Assembly: GCA_050613775.1 (NCBI GenBank)
Contig: JBODTK010000103.1
Coordinates: 124,001-188,000, forward strand
Direction of reading: 5' to 3'
Source: Neocallimastix sp. 'constans'
Lineage: Eukaryota
Length of the DNA: 64,000 nt
The notes below the pieces were generated by a model. The model saw nothing but the letters and a program-made list of their open reading frames with translations. It searched no databases and had not been told where the DNA came from. Positions 1-11,202 of the stretch are shown one piece after another; positions within the stretch are counted from its first letter, which is position 1, and every line of letters begins with the position of its first letter. The position numbers and the translations under genes are program-made.

Positions 1-144
1 AAAGATTTTTTTTTTTATTTTTTATATTTAAACTTTTTTTATTATTCTTTATTATATTTCATTAAATTCATTAAATAAATAAATATTTTACAAAAAAATA
101 TATATATATATTTCATGCCTTGCTTAGTAGAGTTTTTATTTTTA

Positions 145-180
<36 letters not shown>

Positions 181-188
181 AATAATCA

Positions 189-239
<51 letters not shown>

Positions 240-261
240 TAAAAACAAACAAACAAACAAA

Positions 262-297
<36 letters not shown>

Positions 298-677
298 ATG
301 AATACTTTTTTTTTTTTTTTTTTTTTTTTTTTGAAAATAAACTATATATATATTTATTATTATTATTATTATATATTTATTATTATTATTGTTATATATT
401 TATTATTATTATTGTTATATATATATTTATTATTATTATTATTATATAAATTGAAAAGAATTAATAATTTTTATCCTTAATAATTTTTTTTTACGTTTTA
501 CAGAAACGACAAAAAAAAAAAATCTTTAAGCATTGGTGGTGGTAGTAGTTATTAATAATCCAAAAAAAAAAAAGAAAAAAAAAAAAAATAAAAAAGTCAT
601 TCGCAACAGAACAATATTTTTTTTATACAATTTTTATTTATTTATTTATTTACTATTGATTTTAATTTTCATTTTCA

Positions 678-710
<33 letters not shown>

Positions 711-1439
711 TTTAATCTTTATTATTATTATTATTACTATTATTATTTTTTAGTTTAATATATAACATTTTAATTTTATTATTACATTTTAATTTTAATT
801 TTAATTTTTTATTATTATTATTTTTTTTTTTTTTAAAATTTATTTTATTTTATTATTTAAAAAAAAAAATTTCGTTTGGTTTATGATTATGATTATTTTT
901 ATTTTTATTTTTATTTTTTTTTTTTTCTTCTGAAACTATATAAATTATAAATATGAAAAGAAATATATATAAATATTAAATATTAAAGCATCAATAAAAA
1001 AAATTTTATTAACAGAAAATTTATATTAAAAAGAAAAAAAAAAAAAATTCTTTTTTTTTTACTTAGTTATAATATATATAAATTGATAAAATTGGTATAA
1101 ATTTATTTATTTATATAATGAATAAAAAAAAAAATTTTTTTATTATTCATTATATCTTTATATATATATAATATGTATTAAAAAAAATTTTTTTTTTTAT
1201 TTTTTTTCCCCCCTTTTTCATTATTTTAATATTTAATATTCATTCATTTTTTTTTTCTTGCCTATAAAAATAAATATTATTAAAATTATTTTGTCATATA
1301 CATAAATAATTTATATTTCAATAATTATTTCTTTCTTTGTGAAATATATTGTATATATAAATATATATATATATGAAATAAGTAAAAAAAAAAAAAAAAA
1401 AATAGTATTGATACTAATGAAAAATAATATTAAAAAAAG

Positions 1440-1470
<31 letters not shown>

Positions 1471-1614
1471 TATTATTCATGATTTACATTATGGTTAAAT
1501 TATTACGAAAGGAAATGATTATAAAAAAAAAAAAATTACTATTAATGAGATTATTGTATGGATAATGTGTATATTTTATAAATAATAATAGTGAGTATTA
1601 AAAAAAGAAAAAAA

Positions 1615-1659
<45 letters not shown>

Positions 1660-1727
1660 GATGAAAAAAGAAAAGATTGAATATTTTAATTTGTTATAAT
1701 ATTATTATTTGATGAAGATTTTATTGG

Positions 1728-4700
1728 TTAATTATGATAAGAAAATTTATTATTACTGTAAATTGTAGAGGTACGATTTTTAGACTTTTGCAGTATAGAT
1801 GAGTAATTTATTAAATCAGATTCATCTTCTGGTTTATGATAAAGTGTATCATCATTATTTTCAAAAGCTTCTAAAATTACAGATTGACTTTTATAATTTG
1901 ATAAGCCTTTAATACGATGGTTTATTCGTGGGAGGGATTGATATTTACTAGCAGTATTGAATGAACTTCGTCTTTTTGGTGAATAGAGGGTATTATTACT
2001 AGAAGATTCAGATATTGTACTCATTGGGGCTTTATCCTTAGCATCTTGTCTTGGACTATAATAAAATGAAGAAAGGTTATTATTATCTGAATTAGAATTT
2101 GTTTTTAGGTTGATACGTTTTCCTGAACCTTTTGCATTTTCTTTACTACTACTTGGTATTGGATCTTCCTTTAATTCACGATTTAAAATATTTGTATTTG
2201 TGGTATCCGGAACAGAATCATAATCAAAATCATAGGTATAATCTTGTATAGAGTCAAATGTAATATTCATTTTATTTTTTGGTGATAAAACGTCGCTGAA
2301 ATTACTTCTGAAACGACTACTTTCTGATTGAGCCTTTTCTGTGGCAGGGGTTTCATGAATTGTAATGGTTGGGGAGCTGTCTTCTTTTTTTGTAGCGTTT
2401 TCATTTATTTGATCTAAAAGTTTTTGACATTCCTTTTCCAAATTGAGGTAACTATTCCAAATAAGAGCATATCCGTTTTCAAGCATTTCTTTTTCCTCTC
2501 TCACCTTTTGAATATCTTCAGAGGATTGCTTTAAAGCTTTATCTATTTCTTGAACATCAATAGTCTTAAGAATACCTAGTTCTTCAATTTCCTCTTTTAA
2601 TTTAGTATTTTCCTTCTTTAGTTTCTCACAATTATTACATTCTTTATTATTATCATTAGATAGTGATTTACCTTTATTCACATAAAAAGCAAGATCTTCC
2701 TTTTCTAATTCTTTAATACGTTGTTTACATTGCTCATAATCATCTTTTAAGGTTAAGAATTTTTCTTTTTCAGATTGTAAATCTTGTGAAAGTTGATCTC
2801 TTTCTACAATGACTTTTTCTAAAAGTTTTCTTCTATTTTCAGCATTAGATTCGGCAACCTCCTTAGCACGTTCAGATTCATCTAAAAGTGTTGAAAGTTC
2901 TAAGAGATTCTCCGCCTGTTCTGTTTGTTGTTGTAAATTTGCTAAAAGCTCAAGTTGACGATTTAAATCTTCAATCTCAGTTTCATATTCCTTTTGCATC
3001 ATTTCCTTTGAATTTTCTAATTGATTTACTTTAATTTCAAATTGCTTACGAGCATCAGTAAGTTGATTTATAATATCTTCAATTTCTTCTTTGGCATGTT
3101 GAACACTATTATCACGATCTTTATTAATTTCATCAATTTCTTTTTCATATTGCTTTTTGTCTTCTTCATACTTTAAAGTTAAACTTTCTAATTCTTGAGT
3201 ATTTCTAAGCATACGTCCATTTAATTCTTCTAATTCTTTATCAACTTTTTCTTTTTCAGCTTGAATTTCTATAAATTTTTCATTAGATTCCTTTATTTCA
3301 ACAGAAAGAGTACTATTTTTGTGGATCAATTCTTCAATTTGATTATTCTTTTCTTGAATTTCTTGTTTCATATTAGCGGATTCATTAGCTTCTAATACTA
3401 AATTTTTTCTTCTTTCTAATTCATTTTCTTTATTTGTCATTTCAATTTCTAAATCACTCTTCATTTTATTTAATTTAGAAATTTCGTTGATATTTTCTTC
3501 ATTATTAATTTTTAAGAGATTATTTTCATCCTTATATTCTTTTATGGATTCTTCTAAATTACAGATTTTATTGGCTTGATCATGAATAATATTATCTTTT
3601 TCATTCTCAGTCAAGTTAAAACCATTATGTGCCTTTTCTAAAACTTGGAACTTTTCTGATAAACAATTGATTTCATTTTGTTTCATTGAAAGTTGCTTCT
3701 CAAAATCAACAATTTGTCCTTCCAATTGAGAACATTGAACATCATAATTAATCATTTCAGCTTCTTTGTCTTCTATAATAGCCTTTGAAGCTTCTAATTG
3801 CTTTTTCAACTGATCATATTTCTCTTGAAGTTCCTCGTTTGTTGAAGATTCGCTTTGTTTTTGATTCATTTCTTCAAGTGTTTGCTTTAATTCAATATTT
3901 TCTTGGTTAAGTTTTTCATTACTTTCACTTAAGAGTTGATAATCCATTTTTCTTTGTTCCAATTCTTGCTTTAGAGCTTCCATTTTCACTTTAGATGCTT
4001 CATATAACTTATTTACTGCATCAAAGTTGGAACGTGCTTCCTTTTCAGATTCGACTGTTTTATTCAATGTTACTTCCATATCAGCAATTAAATCTTTCAT
4101 TTCAGCAATCATAGCATCTTCTGTTGAAGAAGTACTAGCAGCTTTAGGAGTGACTGGAGTTAGATTTATTTCTATATCACCATTAACACCAGAAATATTT
4201 TTAATACGATCTAAAAGTTCAGCTTTTTCAGACTCAACTTGATGGTATCGTAATTTTAAATCTTCATATTTCTTTTCTTGATATTCCATCTTTTCTAAGA
4301 AATGATTTGATGAATTTTCACGATCTTCTTGAACATCTAATAAGGTATTCTTTAACATTTCCATTTCTTCATGTAGTGTTTCGTTCTCCAATATTAACTT
4401 TTCGTTTTGCTCCTTCATATCAAGAATAGTATCATTAATTTTAGTCTCAGCATCACTATTATATGAAAATTCAGATGAACCATTATCTTTTATATTTTTC
4501 GATTTTCTATACATATTACTATAACCAATATTTCTTTTAGAATTAGCAAAAGTTTTGTGACGAGCAATACGAGTATCACTTCCATTGGAATATTTATTAT
4601 AAAGGGAAAGACTTTTTGGCGAGTCATTATATTCCAATTTTCGGTAAAGTTCCTCAATATTCTTTTTAGCAAAGAAAAGTTCATTTTTAACTTGTTCATA

Positions 4701-5963
4701 TTCAATATTCAATTTTTTGTTTTTCATTTCTAAATCTTTAAGATAACGGTCTTTTGATGACAATGCCGATAGCGATTTATTTTGCTTTTCTAAATCGGCA
4801 ACTCTTTCAATTAAACTTTTATTTTCTTCTTTATAATAATTTAATTCTCTATTAAGATTAGTTTGATTGTCCTTCAATTTACGAACTTCTTGCTGAGCAT
4901 TGACTAAACCTATAGAAAGTTCAGATATCGTACGTTGACTATCAGTAACTTGTTTTAATGACTGTTTTACCATACGATTTTTGTTATCACGCTTGTTTAA
5001 AGGTATACTTGAAGATGAGAAATCCTCTGATGATGAATTATCTAGGGTCTCTTTTTCTTTAAATGAATCATCATCTTGCGTATTTGTCATATTGTCTATT
5101 GTGGATATAATACCATCTTGAGAAATCCCTTCATTTTCTTGTTGAACAGTTGCTTTAATTAATGGAATATTTTCTTGACCTTCTTTTACATACTCATCAG
5201 CCAATCCCGTTACAATATCTTTTAAATGCACTAATGTATTTTGTAAACCATTAATAATAGTATCATTAATATTCTTTATATTTGAATCATCAGATATTTC
5301 TGCATCAACTTCACAATTTGGTAAAAGTATCATTGATGAATTTGGATTTATCCTATTTTTATGAAATATTGATTTTTCTTTTGGACTCGTTGTCATGGTC
5401 ATATTAATATTTATATTAGTTTGAGCTGGTGGACGATCTAACTTTTTATTTGTTTTTGATTTATTTAAATAGGAAGATTTATCAACTTGAGTAGATTTTG
5501 GTCTCGGTTTAACCTTAACAGTTGGAGCTTTTGTTGTTCTTGGAAGTGTTTTAATTTTTCTTGAATTATCAATAGTATTTGTTGGATTAGAAGATTCATT
5601 TAGATATGATACAGACTTTCTTGGCTTTTTTGTTTGTTTATATATTGTTTTACTGACCAAAGACGCTTTTTGTGAATTAGTGATTATTTTTTGTGCTGGT
5701 TTCATTACATTAACACTTGAAGCCATAACTAATAAACCTGTCTTTTCTGGACATTTAAAATATGTAACACCCTTAATTGTACCATTATTCTTACCTGCAC
5801 CACGTTCAAATAATTCTATACCAACCCACGTTCCTGATTTAAAATGGATGCCACCAACAAATTTTACTGTTCCTTCCTGAGATGTAGTTTTCACTTGAAC
5901 TACATCACCTAAACGAGGTTGACGTTTTAAAAATTTTGAATTCTTTCCACTGGAATCAGACAT
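1728..5963 (-). CDS. CAP-Gly domain protein with long coiled coil (dynactin p150/CLIP-170-like microtubule-binding protein), 1411 aa, single exon
   Basis: N-terminal CAP-Gly signature (GTVKFVGGIHFKSGTWVGIELFERGAGKNNGTIKGVTYFKC), then a basic Ser/Thr region and several hundred residues of E/K/L heptad-rich sequence. Confidence 0.85.
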   Translation of the reverse strand: MSDSSGKNSKFLKRQPRLGDVVQVKTTSQEGTVKFVGGIHFKSGTWVGIELFERGAGKNNGTIKGVTYFKCPEKTGLLVMASSVNVMKPAQKIITNSQKASLVSKTIYKQTKKPRKSVSYLNESSNPTNTIDNSRKIKTLPRTTKAPTVKVKPRPKSTQVDKSSYLNKSKTNKKLDRPPAQTNININMTMTTSPKEKSIFHKNRINPNSSMILLPNCEVDAEISDDSNIKNINDTIINGLQNTLVHLKDIVTGLADEYVKEGQENIPLIKATVQQENEGISQDGIISTIDNMTNTQDDDSFKEKETLDNSSSEDFSSSSIPLNKRDNKNRMVKQSLKQVTDSQRTISELSIGLVNAQQEVRKLKDNQTNLNRELNYYKEENKSLIERVADLEKQNKSLSALSSKDRYLKDLEMKNKKLNIEYEQVKNELFFAKKNIEELYRKLEYNDSPKSLSLYNKYSNGSDTRIARHKTFANSKRNIGYSNMYRKSKNIKDNGSSEFSYNSDAETKINDTILDMKEQNEKLILENETLHEEMEMLKNTLLDVQEDRENSSNHFLEKMEYQEKKYEDLKLRYHQVESEKAELLDRIKNISGVNGDIEINLTPVTPKAASTSSTEDAMIAEMKDLIADMEVTLNKTVESEKEARSNFDAVNKLYEASKVKMEALKQELEQRKMDYQLLSESNEKLNQENIELKQTLEEMNQKQSESSTNEELQEKYDQLKKQLEASKAIIEDKEAEMINYDVQCSQLEGQIVDFEKQLSMKQNEINCLSEKFQVLEKAHNGFNLTENEKDNIIHDQANKICNLEESIKEYKDENNLLKINNEENINEISKLNKMKSDLEIEMTNKENELERRKNLVLEANESANMKQEIQEKNNQIEELIHKNSTLSVEIKESNEKFIEIQAEKEKVDKELEELNGRMLRNTQELESLTLKYEEDKKQYEKEIDEINKDRDNSVQHAKEEIEDIINQLTDARKQFEIKVNQLENSKEMMQKEYETEIEDLNRQLELLANLQQQTEQAENLLELSTLLDESERAKEVAESNAENRRKLLEKVIVERDQLSQDLQSEKEKFLTLKDDYEQCKQRIKELEKEDLAFYVNKGKSLSNDNNKECNNCEKLKKENTKLKEEIEELGILKTIDVQEIDKALKQSSEDIQKVREEKEMLENGYALIWNSYLNLEKECQKLLDQINENATKKEDSSPTITIHETPATEKAQSESSRFRSNFSDVLSPKNKMNITFDSIQDYTYDFDYDSVPDTTNTNILNRELKEDPIPSSSKENAKGSGKRINLKTNSNSDNNNLSSFYYSPRQDAKDKAPMSTISESSSNNTLYSPKRRSSFNTASKYQSLPRINHRIKGLSNYKSQSVILEAFENNDDTLYHKPEDESDLINYSSILQKSKNRTSTIYSNNKFSYHN

Positions 5964-8039
5964 TTTCTTTTCTTTTCTTTTTTTATTTTTAATTTTTTTT
6001 TTTCTCTATAATAACTTTTTTTTTTATAATACTTTATTTTCAAAAAAAATTGCTTTATTATTTTATGTACAATTGATAATAAATTATTTATTTAATTTAT
6101 TATTATTAATTTTTATTTTTTAATAAAAATTTTTGAAATTTATATAATTGTTATTGAAAGTTTGAATTAAAATGTTTTGTTAAAATTCTTTTTGAAATTT
6201 TTTTTAAAAAAATTTAATTATATTCAATATAAAAATATAAATTAAATTCAAGAAATTCAATTACTTTGCTTAATTATGTACTTTTTTTTTTTTATAAAAA
6301 AAAAAAATGATTGATTACTTATAATAAATAAATTTTTAATATTAACAAATAAATTATTTGAAAACAAATTCTTTAATTATTTATTGTTATTTCTATTATT
6401 AAATAAATAAAAAGAAAAAAACAAGAATTTGTTAATTTATTAAATATTCCTAAATGTTCTTACATAAAAAATTAATGAAAAAATTTCTATTTATTTATTA
6501 AAGGTAATTAAAATCTAATAAAAGTAATGGCAAAAAAAAATTATTATTAAATATTAATAAATAAAAAAAAAAAAAAAAAAAACTTTGTTATTTATTTACG
6601 ATGATAAATAATTTCTGACTAAAAGTATATTAAATTCGCAATATATAATTATTATTTCGAATAATATTATAGATATTCTTTATTGCTAATACTCTTTTAA
6701 TTTAATTATGTAAATTTGAAATTTTATTACGTCAATAATAAAATCTCTTGTGGAATTTTTATTTTATTGTTTTGTGATTGTATATCACTTTTTTTTTTTT
6801 TTTTTTTTTTTTTATAAAAAATAAATTAAAAAATTTTAAGTGTTTTTATACTTATTTTGACATATTGTATATATTCTTATATTCTAATATATTTTTAATT
6901 TTTAACTTTTGTTTTTATTTTTTTACTATTAATCTAAAATAATTATAAATGAATTTTTAAGTAAAGTTTATTTCATAATTCTAATCTATTATATAATAAT
7001 CAAAAAAAAAGTATATATTTATTTAATTTATTATTTATAAATAATATATTAAATATATTTTCAACTTTTTCTTGATTACTAATATTGAAAAAAAAAAAAA
7101 ATTCTTATTATGAATATTTTATCCTTTGAATAAAAAAAAAAAACTTTATTCAATTCTTCATCTATAATTTTTATTTTTATTTTTATTTTTATTTTTATTA
7201 TTATTTTTATTTTTTTTTATTTATTAATATTTAATTTTTTTTTTAAAGAATTAATAAAAAAATATTAGTACTTTTTATATTTAAAAAAATATATATATAA
7301 TGAGATAATAAAATAAATATTAATTTAATTTATAATATAGAAATGTTATAAATTAAAGTTTATTATATAAAAATGTATATGAATTGTGAATTAACACTTT
7401 TTTATTAAAAATTTAAATATTCAATATATATTGAAATAATATATAATAAATATAAATCTTAATAAAGTATTATATTATCGATTAATGGTCTTTTATCTTT
7501 TATGTTCCATAGTTTTTACATTTATTAATTTGTATAACTAATAATAAACTTAATTTCTATATAAAATATATTAAATAAATTGAAAATTTTTATTAATATA
7601 TTATAGAATATATAAAAAATATATAGAAATTTGATTAAAATTTATAAATATAATATAAATAAAAATATATATTTTATTATATATAAAAAAAAAAGAAAAA
7701 ATTCCTTTTTTTTTAAAAAAAAAAATAAAGAAAAATTTTCTATATAAAAATTTTTTTAAATTTAAATTATATATTATATTATATAATATTAATATATATA
7801 TTTTTTTGTAATAATTTAATTAAATAATATAATTAATTAAAAAAATATATATATAAATTATAAACATTTCTTAATTGTGTAACTTTTGCAATTTTTTCAT
7901 ATTGTTATCAATAATTATTATTAAGTATAACTTTTTTTTTTTTTCTAGGAATAAACTTTATTTAATAATATTTATTAAAAAAAATACATAAAAATTTTTT
8001 CACTAATACTAAAAAAATTAGGTTATAAGTTTAGAGGAC

Positions 8040-8631
8040 GAAATGACTTCTAACCTTCTAACTCTTCTCCATTCATCTGTGGATAAAAATTATCAATCGA
8101 ATCTGTTTTAAAATTTCTTCTTTTTTATCGATTTGATATAGAAGCTAATGACAGCAGTAGGTATCAAATTGATCATAGCGTAAAAAACCACTAATTACAA
8201 TAGACATAACATTTATAAGAAATTCCTCAAGCCCCACAAAATATGAAATCGGAAAAGAAGACTCTTTCGAAGGTGATTGAAAAATATTAATAATAAAACT
8301 CCTTCTTTCCCTATACCGATCTTTATGATTTTATGCATTACATTCTCGCTTTGAAGGAGATAAAGAACATACAAATTTATATTATCATGGAAAGCTTAAA
8401 AATTTCTTATGAACAATTAGAGAAAAATTGATAAAAATTTCATCAATAAATTAAATAAATTTTTGCCTAAATTTGAAGAATTTAGGACATAAATTATCTA
8501 GTGTGTAAAATTAGGTATCATTTTACTTTCACTACAACAAGAAAAGCATGTTGAGCAATCTTCTAATACGATTTACTTTTTTTATTTAAGATTTTTCATC
8601 ATATTTGAATCCACATTTAATTCGACCAATT

Positions 8632-8666
<35 letters not shown>

Positions 8667-9900
8667 AAGAGAAAATTATGGATAGTTTTAGAGGTAGACG
8701 TTGAATAAATATTTTAATACCAAATTTAATCTTCTTATTTGTAATTAATCAAATCGTTGGAGTACTTGGATATTGAACATTTTCAATTTCTCAATAAAAC
8801 ATTCGTATATCTCCAAGGAAGTTTTTATGATTGTGTTTGCATAATGTTAATCTACGTGTTGTTTTTTACGTCCATGAATAGTATGAAAATGTTGGGAAAT
8901 TTTTAACTTAATGAGAAATAATACAGGAAGATTCTTTCCACTTTTAAAGCATCGAATCATTGCCTTAGCATAAAAAATCTAGCTATAAAAGGTATAAATA
9001 GTTTTTTAGACATATTATAAATAGTAAAATTAGAAGTTTTATTTTTAAATCCAAAACTCCAAAGCAAACCTCGATTAAAAGCAGTTTGAGCCTTTTCAGT
9101 GTTCTTTTTTATTAGATTCTAGTAAAGGTGTGTAATAAAGAACTGAACTATAGACAAAGGAGACTAGAATACGAGTTTTAAAGTAGAAAGGAAAGTTTCT
9201 ATTTACTAAAAATCTAACGAAAAAAAATTAATTTTTTGAAATTATTTCATTACTCATCTTAGTAATAATTGGCTCTAAATTCCATGATTTATTGAAAGGT
9301 ATTCCAAGACATGTATGTTAATGCTAGGTAAATGATTCATGCCAAGCATAAATGTAAGATTTTTATTATGTCTTGAAGGTATATAAAGTTCTTGGGTTTT
9401 TAATAATTGTTACAGTGCATTTACTAATTCCAAAGGTCATTTCATTTTTGACCTCCCTATCATTAGCTTTATTTAAAAAAAAAAAAAAACATTTTTTTTT
9501 TAAAAAAGGTTTTTTTCTAGTTTTTGGCAGAATCTTTAATAATCCTACATTGACGAATGAAATACCACGGTTATTATTACAATCTGAAAGATTCCCTTTT
9601 TTTATACATTGAAACAACAGAAGAAAAATTTCATTCATCAGGAAATAGTCACCATCCCATATTTTATTAAATAATATAAATATGCATTTTGTACAATTGG
9701 AATAAGTAACTTCTTGATTAGGATCATTCTGAGAAGAAGTACTACTTTCAGAATTGAAAATGGTTTAAAAAATTCCTATTGGTATACCATTCAGAACAAT
9801 ATGCTTTGTAATTTTTCATTGAAAGAACGATGGAGTAAATTTCTAACATTGAAATTGGTTAATTAATGTCTCTATTGTATTTTCATCATTAAAAGAGTTA
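8040..9900 (-). mobile_element. Degenerate non-LTR retrotransposon (LINE) reverse transcriptase remnant
   Basis: Broken minus-strand translation gives FNKIWDG..., KKGNLSDCNNNRGISFVNVGLLKI (RT domain-1 NYRGISL-type motif), MTFGISKC and CLGIPF (YLG-type motif near 9295-9320); many stops and frameshifts; boundaries approximate. Confidence 0.75.
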
Positions 9901-10175
9901 TATATATATATATATATGTATATTTTATATTTTATTTCTAAACAAAAGGATTTGCAACCTAATAAAAAAAAAAAAAAAAAAAAATTTAAATTGGTAGTAA
10001 ATTGTATTTATTGTATATAATATCTAGAATGTTTTATTATATAATTATTAGTGAAGAATTGAAAATAATAAAAAAATAACATTTTTTTATAATAAAAATG
10101 TAAATAATATTAAATATCAAAAGTCTATTATTAATAAATTGAAAAAAAGTACATGAGGTGGAATATATCAATTCC

Positions 10176-10225
<50 letters not shown>

Positions 10226-11202
10226 GCCCCAATTATTGCAAACTTTAATCTATATTTACTTTATTTATTTATTTAATAATATTTGAATTTTATATATTTC
10301 AATGAAAAAATTATATATTTTTAACACTTAAATTTATATTATAGTTTTTAACTATATAATATTTTATTAAAAATTAAAATCCATAAATCCACAGGAAAAT
10401 TTTTTATAAATGTATTCATCCATTCCAGTAAAATAAAAAGAAAGATAAATATTTATAAAAATTATTATTATATCATTATTATTTAACTTTTAATAATAGT
10501 GATGTCAATTCGTAATCCCTAAATACTTTTTATTATATATATAAATCTATAAAACTTTATTTAATAATAGATTTCTATTATTTATATTTCTATTATTTAT
10601 ATTTCTATTCTTTTTATTATTTTTTTTTTATTATTTTTTTTATTCATTAGAATAACAGCAATAATTAAAGGAATATAAAAAATTATAATAAAATGAAATA
10701 ATACATCTTTAATTAAAATTAAATCAATGTTAATTTAAAATAGAAATTTACAAATGAAGAGTATTTTGATAAAAACTTTACTATTTTATATTTATTATTA
10801 TTTAATATAATAAATTTTAAATAATTAATAAATAAAATAAATAAAACAAACAAAAAAAAAAAAAAAAAGAATAAAAAAGTAAAATAATAATACTTATTAT
10901 TATTATATATATATATAATTTTAAAACCATGTAATTGTTTCAAAGTGAAAATGTATAATATAATATTAATAAATATATATATAATATTTAAGTTTAAAAT
11001 ATTCAAAGAAATGAATATAATCATATAAAGGTTATTACTATTATTTTTCTATTAAAACTAAAACTTATTTTAAATTTTATTTAAATACATAAAAATATAT
11101 TAATTTTATTAAAAAGTAGTATGTATATGCATATGTATATCAATATATATATCTATATCTATATAGATATATATACATATTTTTTTTCTTTTAAAAAAAG
11201 TC

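Noticed and set aside
298..480. Short F/Y/I/L-rich ORFs (also 10719-11024, 34551-34853, 51516-51746, 55308-55505, 56226-56444)
   Set aside because: Translations of homopolymer or microsatellite intergenic and intronic DNA.
4027..5880. Small ORFs overlapping the CAP-Gly gene (and those overlapping the SH3 and LRR genes)
   Set aside because: Antisense or alternate-frame by-products of real CDSs.
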